From the IMG/VR virus record IMGVR_UViG_3300027917_000058, positions 1 to 52,168 of that record: 52,168 nucleotides of DNA; one strand, given 5' to 3'. A program made the translations under genes and the position numbers. Below the pieces are notes generated by a model that saw only the letters and a list, made by a program, of their open reading frames with translations, was not told where the DNA came from and searched no databases. The stretch comes from a virus. Lineage: Duplodnaviria > Caudoviricetes. Each line of letters opens with the position of its first letter. The stretch's first letter is position 1. Shown here one piece after another: positions 15,706-25,853 of this stretch.

Positions 15706-16027
15706 CGTCGGCCTTCTTTCTCGTTCTGGTCTGGACAAGCACACTCGCGAGATCATCCCAAAAGCCGTCCAGTTGTCTCTCACGAAGAAGCCGTGCGGCT
15801 TCTTCGTAGGGGATCCCCATGCGCTCAGAAAAGAACGCCGTGAACAGCCGCCGCGCCAGCTTCGGATAGCGGAGGGGCTTGGAGGCATCCCGGGCCAGGG
15901 AGATCGCAAGAATCGGCCCGTCCTGCTTCTGGACCCGCACCCACGCCTCACCATCCTCCCACCAGATGGCCCCATTCTTCGCCATGCCCATCGCGTACTT
16001 GGCTTCAGGCGGGTTCTTCTTCGACAT
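15695..16027 (-). CDS. Hypothetical protein
   Basis: ATG (MSKKNPP) preceded by GGAG. Confidence 0.5.
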   Translation of the reverse strand: MSKKNPPEAKYAMGMAKNGAIWWEDGEAWVRVQKQDGPILAISLARDASKPLRYPKLARRLFTAFFSERMGIPYEEAARLLRERQLDGFWDDLASVLVQTRTRKKADDEV

Positions 16028-16146
16028 CGATCGTCTCCCCGAAGACGTTTTCAGGGATCGAGATAGTAACCTCAAAAGCCTTGTCGGCATCGTTACGGAT
16101 GTAAGGGGCACGTCCGTAGGATCGTCGGACCCCTTCCATCATCTTA

Positions 16147-17457
16147 TCACCCATCCTCGACCGTCCTTCCCTCCACGATCTTGACCTCGCCCTCCAGCCC
16201 TTCCTGAATCCGGCAGATCCATGTCTGGAAGCCGCGCTCCCGGGACTCCGCATCGATCTGCTTCAGATAGTCGCCATCGAAGGCGTCCCCTTCGTCGGGG
16301 AGCAGGATGACCTTCAGGTTGGGGTTCAGGGCGAAGAGGGTATCGATCTGGAACTTGCCCTTCTCTGCACCGGACGCAGCATAGAGCCCCCGCCCGTGGA
16401 GGATGGGCTGGATCTTCGCCTCGCCTTCCGGCACCGTGAACGTGAGCCCATCCACCGCAGACTCGATCCCGGCGATGAACGCCGCCTTCTGCCGCTGGAC
16501 CTCCTGAAGATCCGCTGTCAGGCGTTCCGCTTCGGCCTTCGCTTCCTTCGCCTTCGCCTGAGTCTCGTCGTACCGCTTCCAGGCGTTGATGGCGTCTTCC
16601 TGCTCGTCGGCCCGGGTGATCTCAGCTTCGACAGCAGCTTTCTCCTCTGATTTGTCGGGGGTCCGCTCCAGTTCATCCAAGTGGTCTTCGCGCTCTTTCA
16701 TCGCAACTGCGCGGTCCTTCTTCACCCTCTCCAGCCTCGTCTCCAAGTCTTTGATGCCATCGTCATAGTTGGAGATTGTGGCGTTCAGGGCATCGATCTT
16801 TCTGGTGATCTCCCTGCGGTCGAAGTCGTCTGCGTTGAGTTCCTTGAGTTTGGCATAGAGATCCATCAGATCCACCGGCTCCGGTCGCTCGCCATCGGGA
16901 GCGTCCATCCTCTGAGCAGCCTGGATGATGGAGTTGTGCGGGGTACGCTCATCACGGATCGCCGTCTCCGCAGCATCGAACTCAGCCAGCTTGGCTTCCG
17001 CTTCCGGCTCCGTGGTGGTTTGCAGCAACACGTTGAGGAGTCTGTCGGCACGCAGCGACCAGAGATGGATGGGGTCGCCACTCACGCCCTCGATCCATTC
17101 GTTCAGGGTCCCCTGCTTGTATTGCCCGCCGTCTTCGCTCACCACGGTCAGGTACCGGCCCCGCTCCGTGAATCGCTGCTCGACGGTAAAGCCGTTGGAG
17201 AACTTCCCACGGACGAACGACTTCTCTCCCTCCCCGGCCTGATCGTTGATGGGGTCTGTGGGAGCTTCCTTCGCGCCGTGGACGAGAGAGAGGATTCCCT
17301 GGAGCATCGAACTCTTCCCCGCCTTGTTCTTCCCGGTGACGGGGATCAGACGCCCCTCATCGTCCAGCTTCACATGGGCGAATCTGAGCCCCCGGAAGTT
17401 CTGGATCGTGAGTTCCAGCAGCCGGATGGCCTCCGACTCGTTCGGTGTCTTCGGCAT
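16147..17457 (-). CDS. SMC/Rad50-like ABC-type ATPase with coiled coil
   Basis: IQNFRGL, TGKNKAGKSS Walker A, long coiled coil, ASGAEK signature, ILLPDEGD Walker B. Confidence 0.85.
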   Translation of the reverse strand: MPKTPNESEAIRLLELTIQNFRGLRFAHVKLDDEGRLIPVTGKNKAGKSSMLQGILSLVHGAKEAPTDPINDQAGEGEKSFVRGKFSNGFTVEQRFTERGRYLTVVSEDGGQYKQGTLNEWIEGVSGDPIHLWSLRADRLLNVLLQTTTEPEAEAKLAEFDAAETAIRDERTPHNSIIQAAQRMDAPDGERPEPVDLMDLYAKLKELNADDFDRREITRKIDALNATISNYDDGIKDLETRLERVKKDRAVAMKEREDHLDELERTPDKSEEKAAVEAEITRADEQEDAINAWKRYDETQAKAKEAKAEAERLTADLQEVQRQKAAFIAGIESAVDGLTFTVPEGEAKIQPILHGRGLYAASGAEKGKFQIDTLFALNPNLKVILLPDEGDAFDGDYLKQIDAESRERGFQTWICRIQEGLEGEVKIVEGRTVEDG

Positions 17458-17483
17458 CTCTTTCTCCTAGCAGTCATATGTGT

Positions 17484-17780
17484 TCAGTGGGCCGTCTCTT
17501 GTTCCCATGTCGGTTCGTAGGGGGAGAGCAGACGGATCATCGTCAGCCAATCTCCTCTGAGGGCTGCGCCGGTAGCTTCGATTGCCGTATGGCTCGGGAC
17601 ATCGCGCCAATCAACGGCATTGAGGAGCCTCCCCGCCTCATCCATAATAGCCATCTTTTTCCGATTTTTCCGATGCCGTATTGCGCTCACGATCAACACG
17701 ATCAAGTAGACGATGCAGGACACCGCGAACAGCCCAGTGACTATACCGAACATGATGGAAAACCATTCTATCGCGGCCAT
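17484..17780 (-). CDS. Membrane protein, hypothetical
   Basis: Long N-terminal hydrophobic stretch followed by a basic patch; GGAGG RBS. Confidence 0.6.
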   Translation of the reverse strand: MAAIEWFSIMFGIVTGLFAVSCIVYLIVLIVSAIRHRKNRKKMAIMDEAGRLLNAVDWRDVPSHTAIEATGAALRGDWLTMIRLLSPYEPTWEQETAH

Positions 17781-17915
17781 GTGGGCCTCCCGTTGCTTCA
17801 GACATACCAACGTCTGCGTGAATATCTCCTGGCCCTCTCGACGCGATCAAAAATGTAGAATCCCAGCGGTGGGATCACTAAAAGCGGAATCAGGGAGAGA
17901 ATCATTCTGAGCATT

Positions 17916-19031
17916 TTAACCTCCCGCATGGGTGGCCCTGTGATCTTCAGCGAGTTTGCGTTCAAGGGCCTTCAGCACCTTTTCCAACAACTCACCGCCC
18001 TGCCCCAGCCCCTCCTCGATGAATTGTTCGGCTCGGGAATCGAGCAGATTCTTTTTTCTCGCGACATCCCGAAGCTCAAGGACCATCGCCCCCAACTCTA
18101 TGTCGCCATCGTCATCATCGTCAGATTCCTCCACAGGCGCGTCCTGGCGGGGCTCAGGCTCCCCAACCGGCTTCAGCCCTTCCACCACCTCGTCCAGAGC
18201 CTCCTGGGTCGCCACAGAGGCATCTAGCTCTTTTGGCGGGGAGAACTCGTCAGCGATCTCACCCGCCTCCTCCTCGTCCATCCGATCGAGTTCCGCCTGG
18301 GACTGACCAGCAGTCAGCATCAGTCGCTCCCGGATCGCGCCCAACCGTTCCTTCGCCTCGGCCATATGGAGAGCGGCACGCTCATAGTTCATGTCGAGAA
18401 CGAGTGCGACCTTCCAAGATTTCCCGACCTTATCCTTCCCGTCCAGCGTGTACTGATCCTCGCTCTGGTAGCACATCAGCTTGACGGGTGCCTGATATAG
18501 GGTGCCGAAGGTGGCGTAGAAATCTTCCAGTGCCGTCTGGATGTTGTTCGTACTCTCCCAGCTTCGGGTACGGAAGACGTATCTGCCGCCGAAGTGTGGA
18601 CTCGCCACAAGCTGGACCTGAAGGCGGGTATAGGGTCGGCACTTGCAGGTACCCCCCTGGACTCGGGCACATGGAGATTCCTTGCCATGCGCGTTCCGCT
18701 GGATCTCGCCGTCGCAGATGACCTTCGGCTTTCGGCCAGCGTACTCGGCCATCACCGTCATCAGATTTTGCTCGATCTCCGGGTACATAAGAATCGCTGA
18801 AAGCTCCCGGGGTTCGTCGCCAACAACAGCATGGACCGCCTCATCCCTTACGAACGCGCCATCGGCCCCATCACGGGCGCGAGTGACCACCTCGAAATGA
18901 TCGAAGCGTTCGGGTTGGAACATATCCGACCCGCCCGATGTCCTCTTCTTCTTCCCGCGCCCCCCCAGCTTAATCTTGCCGATCTCCTGTGGGCGGTGAT
19001 CCATGAATGTTCGTTTGATGAGCGGGCTCAT
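17916..19031 (-). CDS. Gp3-like ('recombination directionality factor-like') phage protein, probable annealing/recombination function
   Basis: GKIKLG, P..FDHF, P.EL...L, CDGE, C.C.PYTRL and GG.YVFRTRSW motifs; acidic tail; lies in the YqaJ module. Confidence 0.65.
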   Translation of the reverse strand: MSPLIKRTFMDHRPQEIGKIKLGGRGKKKRTSGGSDMFQPERFDHFEVVTRARDGADGAFVRDEAVHAVVGDEPRELSAILMYPEIEQNLMTVMAEYAGRKPKVICDGEIQRNAHGKESPCARVQGGTCKCRPYTRLQVQLVASPHFGGRYVFRTRSWESTNNIQTALEDFYATFGTLYQAPVKLMCYQSEDQYTLDGKDKVGKSWKVALVLDMNYERAALHMAEAKERLGAIRERLMLTAGQSQAELDRMDEEEAGEIADEFSPPKELDASVATQEALDEVVEGLKPVGEPEPRQDAPVEESDDDDDGDIELGAMVLELRDVARKKNLLDSRAEQFIEEGLGQGGELLEKVLKALERKLAEDHRATHAGG

Positions 19032-19375
19032 GCGTCTACCCCCCCTTCTGACGTGTCCGTGAACATTTTGGACAGCTTCACGGATTCGCTCAGAAGTCCA
19101 CCCACCAGGGTCCCCGGCAGGTCTTCTTCTACCTTTGCCGTTGCAGCCGTGAGCCGGTCCCATGCGTCCATAAACGCACGAGCAGCGACAAGGGCGGAAC
19201 GGAGGTGATTAGCCACCTTGACCAGATCCTCACGCAGCAATCCCTTCGCCTCCAGCACATCGGCGTCGAGTACTCCAAGATGATCGCTGATCGCACCATA
19301 CGTCGGCAAAACCGCATAGGCATCTAGAAACGCGATGATCTCGGTGGACACAGCCGTTGGTTCGTCCATCTTCAT
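19028..19375 (-). CDS. Hypothetical protein
   Basis: Coupled ORF in the operon. Confidence 0.55.
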   Translation of the reverse strand: MKMDEPTAVSTEIIAFLDAYAVLPTYGAISDHLGVLDADVLEAKGLLREDLVKVANHLRSALVAARAFMDAWDRLTAATAKVEEDLPGTLVGGLLSESVKLSKMFTDTSEGGVDA

Positions 19376-20460
19376 GTCTCCGCAGGGTTGGGGCCGACCA
19401 CCTTCACCTCGACCTTTCGCTTCTGCTCATTCTTGTAGTAGAACTCTTCATCGGCGGGATCGAGAGCCAGAACGGCTTCAAGATCCTCGTTCATCTGAGC
19501 GAGTTTAAGCTTCGCTTCGAAACGGCCCCTGTCCCAATTCCGGCGAGCGTTCGGTTGCCACTTCTTCACCACGACACCACCCCCGACAACATGGCAATCC
19601 TTTTCATCATCTCCCGTAAGAGCCAGGAGAGCCTTTTCCGTGTCATCATATCCCTCCTGAGCCTCCAAAAGCTCGTAATACCTGAGCCTGAGAAGGGTTG
19701 CCGAATCCACCCATTCCGGGTCTTCCCTGACTGTGGCGATGCCTGGAACCTTGGCGGGCCAGACGGGAGGGGGAGGGATCGGTCGCATCGGCCTCTCGCG
19801 GGGCTCGACGTATCGCTCGTACCACGCCGGTATCTGCGTCCTGATCCACTCCCCGATCCTTGGCTCCCTCACGACCGGAAAGGCAATGCTCTGGTCGTAC
19901 TCCGGGTTGTAAAAAGTCAACACGCCCCACTCAAGACCGGCCACCTCAAGGTGATGCTGCATCTGGATCGCATGACTTTTCAGCATCCCTTCATCCCGAT
20001 AAGTGAAGTACTTCGGGGTTCTGGGTACCTTCGCCTCAAGCGCACCATCCCCGGAGCAATGGTCCCGCACATGATCCCACAGCGGGTTGTCACGAATGAC
20101 CTCGGGCCAGCGTTCGGGCCGGATGACCAGACCGTCCAAATCGGAGACGATCCGGCTGTCGTCAGGGTGGCGGATCATGCCTTCAGGGCGCACGGTCAGG
20201 TTGAACTCCTCATAGAACCGCATCAAGGCGTTCTGTTCCTGCCGGTTGCCGCGCCGGATGTCTGCGTTCTCAGGATCGTCCCAGATCCCCAGCGCAATCC
20301 TGTCCCATACCTGCCAGGGACCCTTATACTCGTCATGGCCCAGCAGGGCGGGTAGATCGGATGAGCCGATGAGCGGGCCGCGAACCTTCTTCCATTCCTC
20401 TCTGTTGCGTTGCGGGCTGACCCGCTCACCGGCTTCGTTCACGACGGGGAGGCCGTGCAT
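19372..20460 (-). CDS. YqaJ-like viral recombinase / lambda-exonuclease family nuclease
   Basis: EEWKKVR...IGSSD, RGNRQE, SDLDG, LEAK and IQMQHHL.V motifs. Confidence 0.88.
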   Translation of the reverse strand: MHGLPVVNEAGERVSPQRNREEWKKVRGPLIGSSDLPALLGHDEYKGPWQVWDRIALGIWDDPENADIRRGNRQEQNALMRFYEEFNLTVRPEGMIRHPDDSRIVSDLDGLVIRPERWPEVIRDNPLWDHVRDHCSGDGALEAKVPRTPKYFTYRDEGMLKSHAIQMQHHLEVAGLEWGVLTFYNPEYDQSIAFPVVREPRIGEWIRTQIPAWYERYVEPRERPMRPIPPPPVWPAKVPGIATVREDPEWVDSATLLRLRYYELLEAQEGYDDTEKALLALTGDDEKDCHVVGGGVVVKKWQPNARRNWDRGRFEAKLKLAQMNEDLEAVLALDPADEEFYYKNEQKRKVEVKVVGPNPAET

Positions 20461-20807
20461 TAGATCGCCCCCCAGAGATGGGCGCGGCGATTACTTCTCG
20501 TTTTCCGGGTTTCTTTCAGACGCTCGACCTTCCCGGCCTCCAGAAGTTCCGGCAGACGACGACCGGAGGAGGTCAGCCGGAAGTTGAGGGCATCGTCCAA
20601 TTCGTCTGCCGTCATTGGGCCATGCCCCTTCAGCCATGCGTAGATTTGGATTCGCTGGTTCTGGGCCTCGCTCACCATTGAGGATGCAGCCTCGTGCGAG
20701 GTTTCCGGGTCTGAATTTCGTGCCCGGGGATCGGGACCCGTGGTGATGGACCCGTTATCCTCTTCAAACATCCCGAAGGGCAGTTCCGGCTGGTCAAGAT
20801 CGATCAT
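20460..20807 (-). CDS. Winged-helix DNA-binding protein
   Basis: ARNSDPETSHEAA motif followed by GPMTADEL...RRLPEL...G.V. Confidence 0.7.
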   Translation of the reverse strand: MIDLDQPELPFGMFEEDNGSITTGPDPRARNSDPETSHEAASSMVSEAQNQRIQIYAWLKGHGPMTADELDDALNFRLTSSGRRLPELLEAGKVERLKETRKTRSNRRAHLWGAI

Positions 20808-21130
20808 ACTTCGGATTCCTCCGGTTGTGGGCCGACCTCTTCTTCCATGATTTTGGGGTTGGGATCTACGCCGGGGATGATGAGCCCCTTTTCGATCTCC
20901 AACATCTGATCGAAGAGACTCTTCGCCCTGACCCCGGCCTTGTAGGCGCGACTCACCGGCCCCATTTGCCTGAGAGCCGGATCGGTGCATTTCTCTGGGT
21001 TAATGCCGTGGGGCCACTTCGCTATCCAGTAGGAAATCCAGCGGTCCAGGCTTTCGGCAACGGGCTTGAAGATCCTGCCAGGAAGCTCGACAGGAATCCC
21101 CCGACGATCCTTCCTCCGTTTCCGGGACAT
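20804..21130 (-). CDS. Hypothetical protein
   Basis: Coupled ORF in the operon. Confidence 0.5.
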   Translation of the reverse strand: MSRKRRKDRRGIPVELPGRIFKPVAESLDRWISYWIAKWPHGINPEKCTDPALRQMGPVSRAYKAGVRAKSLFDQMLEIEKGLIIPGVDPNPKIMEEEVGPQPEESEV

Positions 21131-21136
21131 TTCAGT

Positions 21137-21337
21137 TCAGTTGTCGGAAGGATGCGAAACCCTTGCCCAATCGATTGCCTCTTTGGAGGAGAACCGAAGA
21201 GTCCCGCCAGCGGGACGGTAATGGGGCAAGGGATTTTCGCTGAGATTCATCCACCGATGGATGGTTTGGCGGCTGACTCCGAAGAACTTGCAGATGTCAG
21301 AGAGCCGCCAATCAAGCCTGATGTCAGGTTCGTTCAT
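21137..21337 (-). CDS. AlpA/excisionase-like HTH DNA-binding protein
   Basis: DICKFFGVSRQTIHRW...LP..R..GGTLRF....IDW; AGGAGG RBS. Confidence 0.8.
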   Translation of the reverse strand: MNEPDIRLDWRLSDICKFFGVSRQTIHRWMNLSENPLPHYRPAGGTLRFSSKEAIDWARVSHPSDN

Positions 21338-21409
21338 GGGGGGGCCTCCTAGCTGATGTCGCCTTGAAGCGTGTTACCAAACCCAACCCAACGCTTCACT
21401 CACTCCGAC

Positions 21410-21438
21410 ACTATACAACCCCCACTAACCAGACGCAA
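21410..21438 (-). promoter_or_regulatory. Putative sigma70 promoter for the early/recombination-replication operon
   Basis: Minus strand TTGCGT-17 nt-TATAGT; small inverted repeat (gtgtc..gacac, 21441-21455) abuts the -35. Confidence 0.65.
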
Positions 21439-21456
21439 CTGTGTCAGTGCGACACG

Positions 21457-21852
21457 CTAAGGCAGGATCCGTAGCCAGAATCTTCGGACGACCTTGATGG
21501 TGGCGGAATCGGAGCGGGAGCAAACGATCAGAAATGAGTAGTCGTCCCCGGGAGTGGGGACCCACTGGGCTTTCTGCTTGATGGTGAAGCTAATGGCGCA
21601 ATCTTCCCGCCCATTCTCCTCGTCGTCCACGATGGACAGGTTCTCAAACGTCACGAGCGAGGTGTAATCTTCCCATGTTTCCGGCCACTGGCTTTTCAGA
21701 TGGTGTAGCTTCACGACGGGGGCGGGCGAGAGATAAAGACCGTTCTGAAGATCCTCATCGTCGCCCAGATTGATGATGAACTCCTTCTGACTCAGGGAGC
21801 CCGAATACTGATAATCCGCCAGCCACTCCAGATAGGTCTTCTCGATTGCCAT
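21457..21852 (-). CDS. Hypothetical protein, possibly virion-associated
   Basis: Last ORF of the structural cluster; GAGG RBS. Confidence 0.55.
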   Translation of the reverse strand: MAIEKTYLEWLADYQYSGSLSQKEFIINLGDDEDLQNGLYLSPAPVVKLHHLKSQWPETWEDYTSLVTFENLSIVDDEENGREDCAISFTIKQKAQWVPTPGDDYSFLIVCSRSDSATIKVVRRFWLRILP

Positions 21853-21870
21853 TCATCACCTCAAGGACGT

Positions 21871-22164
21871 TTAGGAGGGATCTGGGACTCGCCGTGTTCT
21901 GACGGGATACTTCTTCTCGATGGCATTATACACATTGCTCCCGGCAGATGACCATCGCACCCAATAGTCACCGTCATCGTCAAAAACGAACTCCTTTTCA
22001 TAGATGCCGGTGGATGGATTCTGGATCCCTGACAAAGCTTCCACGGTCCCATCGGGATGCTTTACGAGACAAGTGACCGTGCCACCGACTGCCAAATCGC
22101 CATTGCTATCCCGCATCTCTGCTCTCAAGACCAGCTTGTCTCCCACGTCATAAATGTCACTCAT
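21871..22164 (-). CDS. Small Ig-like (BppU N-terminal-like) virion protein
   Basis: YDVGD.L...V..PDGT.....TGIY...F..DDGDYWVRW pattern. Confidence 0.55.
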   Translation of the reverse strand: MSDIYDVGDKLVLRAEMRDSNGDLAVGGTVTCLVKHPDGTVEALSGIQNPSTGIYEKEFVFDDDGDYWVRWSSAGSNVYNAIEKKYPVRTRRVPDPS

Positions 22165-22618
22165 CGCAAGCCCTCAAGTCCTTGATGGTGATGACCCCAA
22201 CAACGGTTTCCGAAACCTTAACCTCGCCCATCGGGATCGCGAAAGCCTGGATGGATCCGATACCCTCCAGCTTCTCCACCAAGCTCCCGATCAACTCTTC
22301 GCTGATCTCGATAGATCCAATCACAGTATCATTCAAAATGATGCCCCCCACAGCTTGTTCAGCGATAAGGATCTCACCGATGAGGGTGATTTCGGAGAGG
22401 CCGATCGAGCCCACGGTAGACTCTGATGGGAGAATAACGCCCCACGTTTCCTGCTGGACACGGATACTGCCGACCGCTTCCTCGGTGGCGAAAAGCGAAC
22501 CGACTTCGCTCTCGGAGAGCTTGATGCAGCCGACACTGAGGTAGAGGATCCGCTTTCCAAGACCCGCAGTGGCGAGGAGCCCGCTTTCCTTTCCAAAGCC
22601 CCTTGTGGTGACACTCAA
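22157..22618 (-). CDS. Hypothetical protein with ~10-aa G-x-I repeats (beta-solenoid/fibre-like)
   Basis: GSIRVQQETW/GVILPSESTV/GGIILNDTVI/GSIEISEELI periodicity. Confidence 0.55.
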   Translation of the reverse strand: MSVTTRGFGKESGLLATAGLGKRILYLSVGCIKLSESEVGSLFATEEAVGSIRVQQETWGVILPSESTVGSIGLSEITLIGEILIAEQAVGGIILNDTVIGSIEISEELIGSLVEKLEGIGSIQAFAIPMGEVKVSETVVGVITIKDLRACDE

Positions 22619-23172
22619 GTCAGCCTTTCCCTTCGCTCGATGCCTTCACCCTTGTATGGGATCGTTCCAGCCGCATCCTCATAGATTTCGCCGCTCAGGA
22701 ATGGTGTGGTATCGTCGTCGTCATAGATGGTCAGTATGCCGGTATCGGGATCCGTCACGGTCTTATTCATCAGCAGCTTCCGCATCTCTTCAGCATCGAG
22801 AAGGGACCCGGAAATCGATTGCCGGATCTGTGCGTTCACATAGGCCGATGGTTTGATAGGATCGTTGTCATAGGCATTGGACGCCACGAAAGTACCGCCT
22901 CGCACTACGCAATTGACCCAGCTAGGCCCAGCCCTGTCTTCGAATTGAAGCCTCCAATCGTCAGTCAGGATCAGGACGATCTCGGAAAACAACTCTGGCG
23001 TTCCGCCCAAGCTGACCTTTCCGGCCCATTCCGCAAACCATGTGATGTTGAGGTTCTGCGGGTCGTCCAGAAAGTCCGCGATCTGATCCACGAGATCCTG
23101 TACGGTGATCTCGGTATCCGGGGCCGGAACCTCGATAACCTTACTCGCCGGATGGAAAATCACTTTCGGCAC
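22615..23172 (-). CDS. Putative virion structural protein
   Basis: Acidic beta-rich ORF in the structural cluster; LTIYDDDDTTP motif. Confidence 0.55.
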   Translation of the reverse strand: MPKVIFHPASKVIEVPAPDTEITVQDLVDQIADFLDDPQNLNITWFAEWAGKVSLGGTPELFSEIVLILTDDWRLQFEDRAGPSWVNCVVRGGTFVASNAYDNDPIKPSAYVNAQIRQSISGSLLDAEEMRKLLMNKTVTDPDTGILTIYDDDDTTPFLSGEIYEDAAGTIPYKGEGIERRERLT

Positions 23173-23437
23173 GATCGCGCTCCCACTGAGCTATCTCGGC
23201 GTCTCTTTGACGGCAAAGTTGAATCTGTTGCCGACGCTCCGCAATCAGTTTCTCTTGGTCAGCGATATGCAGTTCGAACTGCTCGATGACGTTTTTCGCC
23301 CTGGCGACATCGGCCTCCAGCGCATCTATCTTCCAGAGCGGATACTTCTTCCGGGGATGCGGGGGGATCTCGTAAAGATCCACCCCGTTCCCACGGTCAA
23401 TGAGCTTCGCGCCCTTCGGAAGCCGTTTCTTGGTCAT
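23141..23437 (-). CDS. Small coiled-coil hypothetical protein
   Basis: ATG (MTKKRLP) overlapping the upstream stop; heptad-like C-terminus. Confidence 0.5.
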   Translation of the reverse strand: MTKKRLPKGAKLIDRGNGVDLYEIPPHPRKKYPLWKIDALEADVARAKNVIEQFELHIADQEKLIAERRQQIQLCRQRDAEIAQWERDRAESDFPSGE

Positions 23438-25821
23438 ACCGTCACCACGGCATCTTCTGTCCGTACCGCCGCAACACTCAACCCATTGCTCTGTACGGTC
23501 TGGTCGGAAGTGAACGGCTTCCATCCCTTCAGCCGGAAGACGAACCGCGCATAGACATCAGCGGAGTAGATGTAGGTGTTGGAGATCGAATCTGAGACCG
23601 CCACCTGGGCAAAGAACGGTACCCAGACCCAATCCGACGTTGTGGTGTCGAAGGGCAGCACGTTGATCGAATAACCGTCGCCGGAAGTCCATGTGAGCGA
23701 TTGCCCGGGAGCGGATACCGTTGTGATCTCATCGGTTGCATCGATGCTGACGATGAATCCCCATTCGCCGGTCGTGGTATTCAGGACTGTGTCCCCGACG
23801 CGGCAGTCATCGGTGCCGCCGAAGTCCGCAGCGGTATCCTCCAGCGTGTTTCCAGATGAGCCGCCCGTTGCCGTACCGGATCCAGCGTCAGTCTCCAGCG
23901 TGAATGTGCTGGTTGCCCAGGAGGCGTATCTGAGCAGTGCTTCCGGCTCCTCGGAGTCTGACTTGTCAATGATCTTGACCACGCCAGCAGCAGGTTCGTC
24001 GGAAGCAATGCTGGTGCCGATCACTACCGTAGTCGCACCCGCCGATTGAGCCGTTCCCAGGTAACGATCCCTCTCGATGGGTCCCGTGGATCCGTCGCGC
24101 CGGAAGCAGCCGCCCCGGTCGCCCGCCGTGAGCCCCGTCAGGGCGACGGCGATCTCGTTGGGCGGATCCTGCGTAACACCCAAATCATCGATCAACTGGT
24201 ACGCCTTGATGTCGCCGGAATCCAAATCCGTGACGTATACCCCGGCTGCGCCGAAGAAGGTGCCACCGGCAAAGGTGCCCAGCGGACTCTGCTTCTTCGG
24301 TGCGATGGTGCCAACACCGCCCGCATCGATCGTCGCTGAGTTCGTGCCGTCGCTCACGGTGTTTGTGGCTCCAAATGTCCCCCTGACATTGGAAAGGATG
24401 ACAATGTCTTCCGGTGAGGAGTGGTAGGCCACGATGATGCCCGTAGCTCCGCTCGTCTGGTCCGTGAGCGTATTGCCCTCGACAAACGAGCCAGGGGCGG
24501 GCGTGGCAGTCTTCAGGCGGATAACCGACCCGATGTACTGCTCACCATCTTCCTGCGAGCCAGAGACCCCGATCTGCGTACTGGAACCCCGTCTGGTGAT
24601 CCACTTCAGGTACTCGTAGACCGCAGCCAGGGTTTCAGTGTTGCAGTCGATTTCGATTGAATACGGACGGCTCCCGTTTCCGTTATTCAGATCACGGGAG
24701 ATCGCGCCGAAGCTCAGGGTCGCCGTCGAAAGGGCGGGACCATAGTTCGCCGGGGACCCGGATGAGGTGGCCGATTCCGTTGAATCTTCTCCGGTGATGA
24801 GTTCGCCAGATTGGAAGTCGGTCAGGTCCTTGCCGACGAGGTAATACTGGATTGAGGTGTCCGTGACGTAGCTGGTCAGGATGCCCTTCGCACCGGAGGT
24901 CCCGCCAGTAATCACCTCGCCCACCGTGAACGCGCCGGAATGGGCTCCGGTGGCGATTGACCGCCATCCGGTCTCATTGTTCAGGTCCACATCAGTAGCG
25001 AGCGGGGCGGGCTGGCGACCACCGCCACTCAGGTCAGCGGTGAAATGGTCGTAAAGGGTGTTGGCCTGTCTCGCGAAGACCGTCACCAGCCCAGAATCGA
25101 TCAGGGTGCCAGCCTCTTTGACCAGCACCAGTACATCTAAGTGATCCGCTTCGGCATCCAGCCACCAAGAGGTGAGCTTCAGGTCATCTTGGATCAGATA
25201 GATGTCCGTGTCGTTCTTGATCTGGGCCAGCGAGTAGAGGTTCGTCCACAGGTTCTCGCCGCTCTCGGCACCGTCGCCAGAATCGAGATCGAAGTCCCAT
25301 CCGGTCCCCGTGACATTCTCGGGCGTGGTATCATCAAATTGGGTCGAAGAGGTGTTTCTGACCCAAACGATGTCATCGCCGTTGTCTGCCCAAAGGATGG
25401 CACCAGTAGCCCCGGAGGTGCCTCCAGTGAGAACGACCCCCTTGTCAGTGTACCCGTCGTTGCCTTGGGTGGGCGCACCGTCTCCGGTGTACTTCAGCCT
25501 TGTGATGCCGAATCCGCCAATAGGGGAGGTGTCTTCGGTGCCGAACTTCGTCCAACCATTCGACTCGATTGCCCCCGCATAGAACGCCTTGGCAGACGTG
25601 GGATCCATGAACCACGGATACAGTAGCTCATAGTTCGTCGGCGTGAGCCCGTCCATCGGGGACGCATCGTCCAGGGTCCCGGGCTCATCGAAAACGTCCA
25701 TGAGATAGGAGTACAATTCGTTAGCAGTATAGGTCGAATCGGGAACCCCGTTCGTGAACCCGCCAACATAACTAAGGATGCCGTTGACATAATCAATGGC
25801 GAGGTCAGCACTCAAAGGCAT
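23434..25821 (-). CDS. Large virion structural protein (G/T/S/D-rich, repeated G.TSGA.G modules)
   Basis: 795 aa with three LTGGTSGATG / ITGGTSGAKG / LTDQTSGATG repeats typical of phage fibre or baseplate proteins. Confidence 0.7.
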   Translation of the reverse strand: MPLSADLAIDYVNGILSYVGGFTNGVPDSTYTANELYSYLMDVFDEPGTLDDASPMDGLTPTNYELLYPWFMDPTSAKAFYAGAIESNGWTKFGTEDTSPIGGFGITRLKYTGDGAPTQGNDGYTDKGVVLTGGTSGATGAILWADNGDDIVWVRNTSSTQFDDTTPENVTGTGWDFDLDSGDGAESGENLWTNLYSLAQIKNDTDIYLIQDDLKLTSWWLDAEADHLDVLVLVKEAGTLIDSGLVTVFARQANTLYDHFTADLSGGGRQPAPLATDVDLNNETGWRSIATGAHSGAFTVGEVITGGTSGAKGILTSYVTDTSIQYYLVGKDLTDFQSGELITGEDSTESATSSGSPANYGPALSTATLSFGAISRDLNNGNGSRPYSIEIDCNTETLAAVYEYLKWITRRGSSTQIGVSGSQEDGEQYIGSVIRLKTATPAPGSFVEGNTLTDQTSGATGIIVAYHSSPEDIVILSNVRGTFGATNTVSDGTNSATIDAGGVGTIAPKKQSPLGTFAGGTFFGAAGVYVTDLDSGDIKAYQLIDDLGVTQDPPNEIAVALTGLTAGDRGGCFRRDGSTGPIERDRYLGTAQSAGATTVVIGTSIASDEPAAGVVKIIDKSDSEEPEALLRYASWATSTFTLETDAGSGTATGGSSGNTLEDTAADFGGTDDCRVGDTVLNTTTGEWGFIVSIDATDEITTVSAPGQSLTWTSGDGYSINVLPFDTTTSDWVWVPFFAQVAVSDSISNTYIYSADVYARFVFRLKGWKPFTSDQTVQSNGLSVAAVRTEDAVVTV

Positions 25822-25853
25822 TGTTATTCTCCTCTCGTCGGGGTCCCAACCCT

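Noticed and set aside
21137-21456. Integration module (xis + int + attP)
   Set aside because: Only an AlpA/Xis-like HTH is present. No tyrosine or serine recombinase ORF is visible in the window, so lifestyle cannot be determined.
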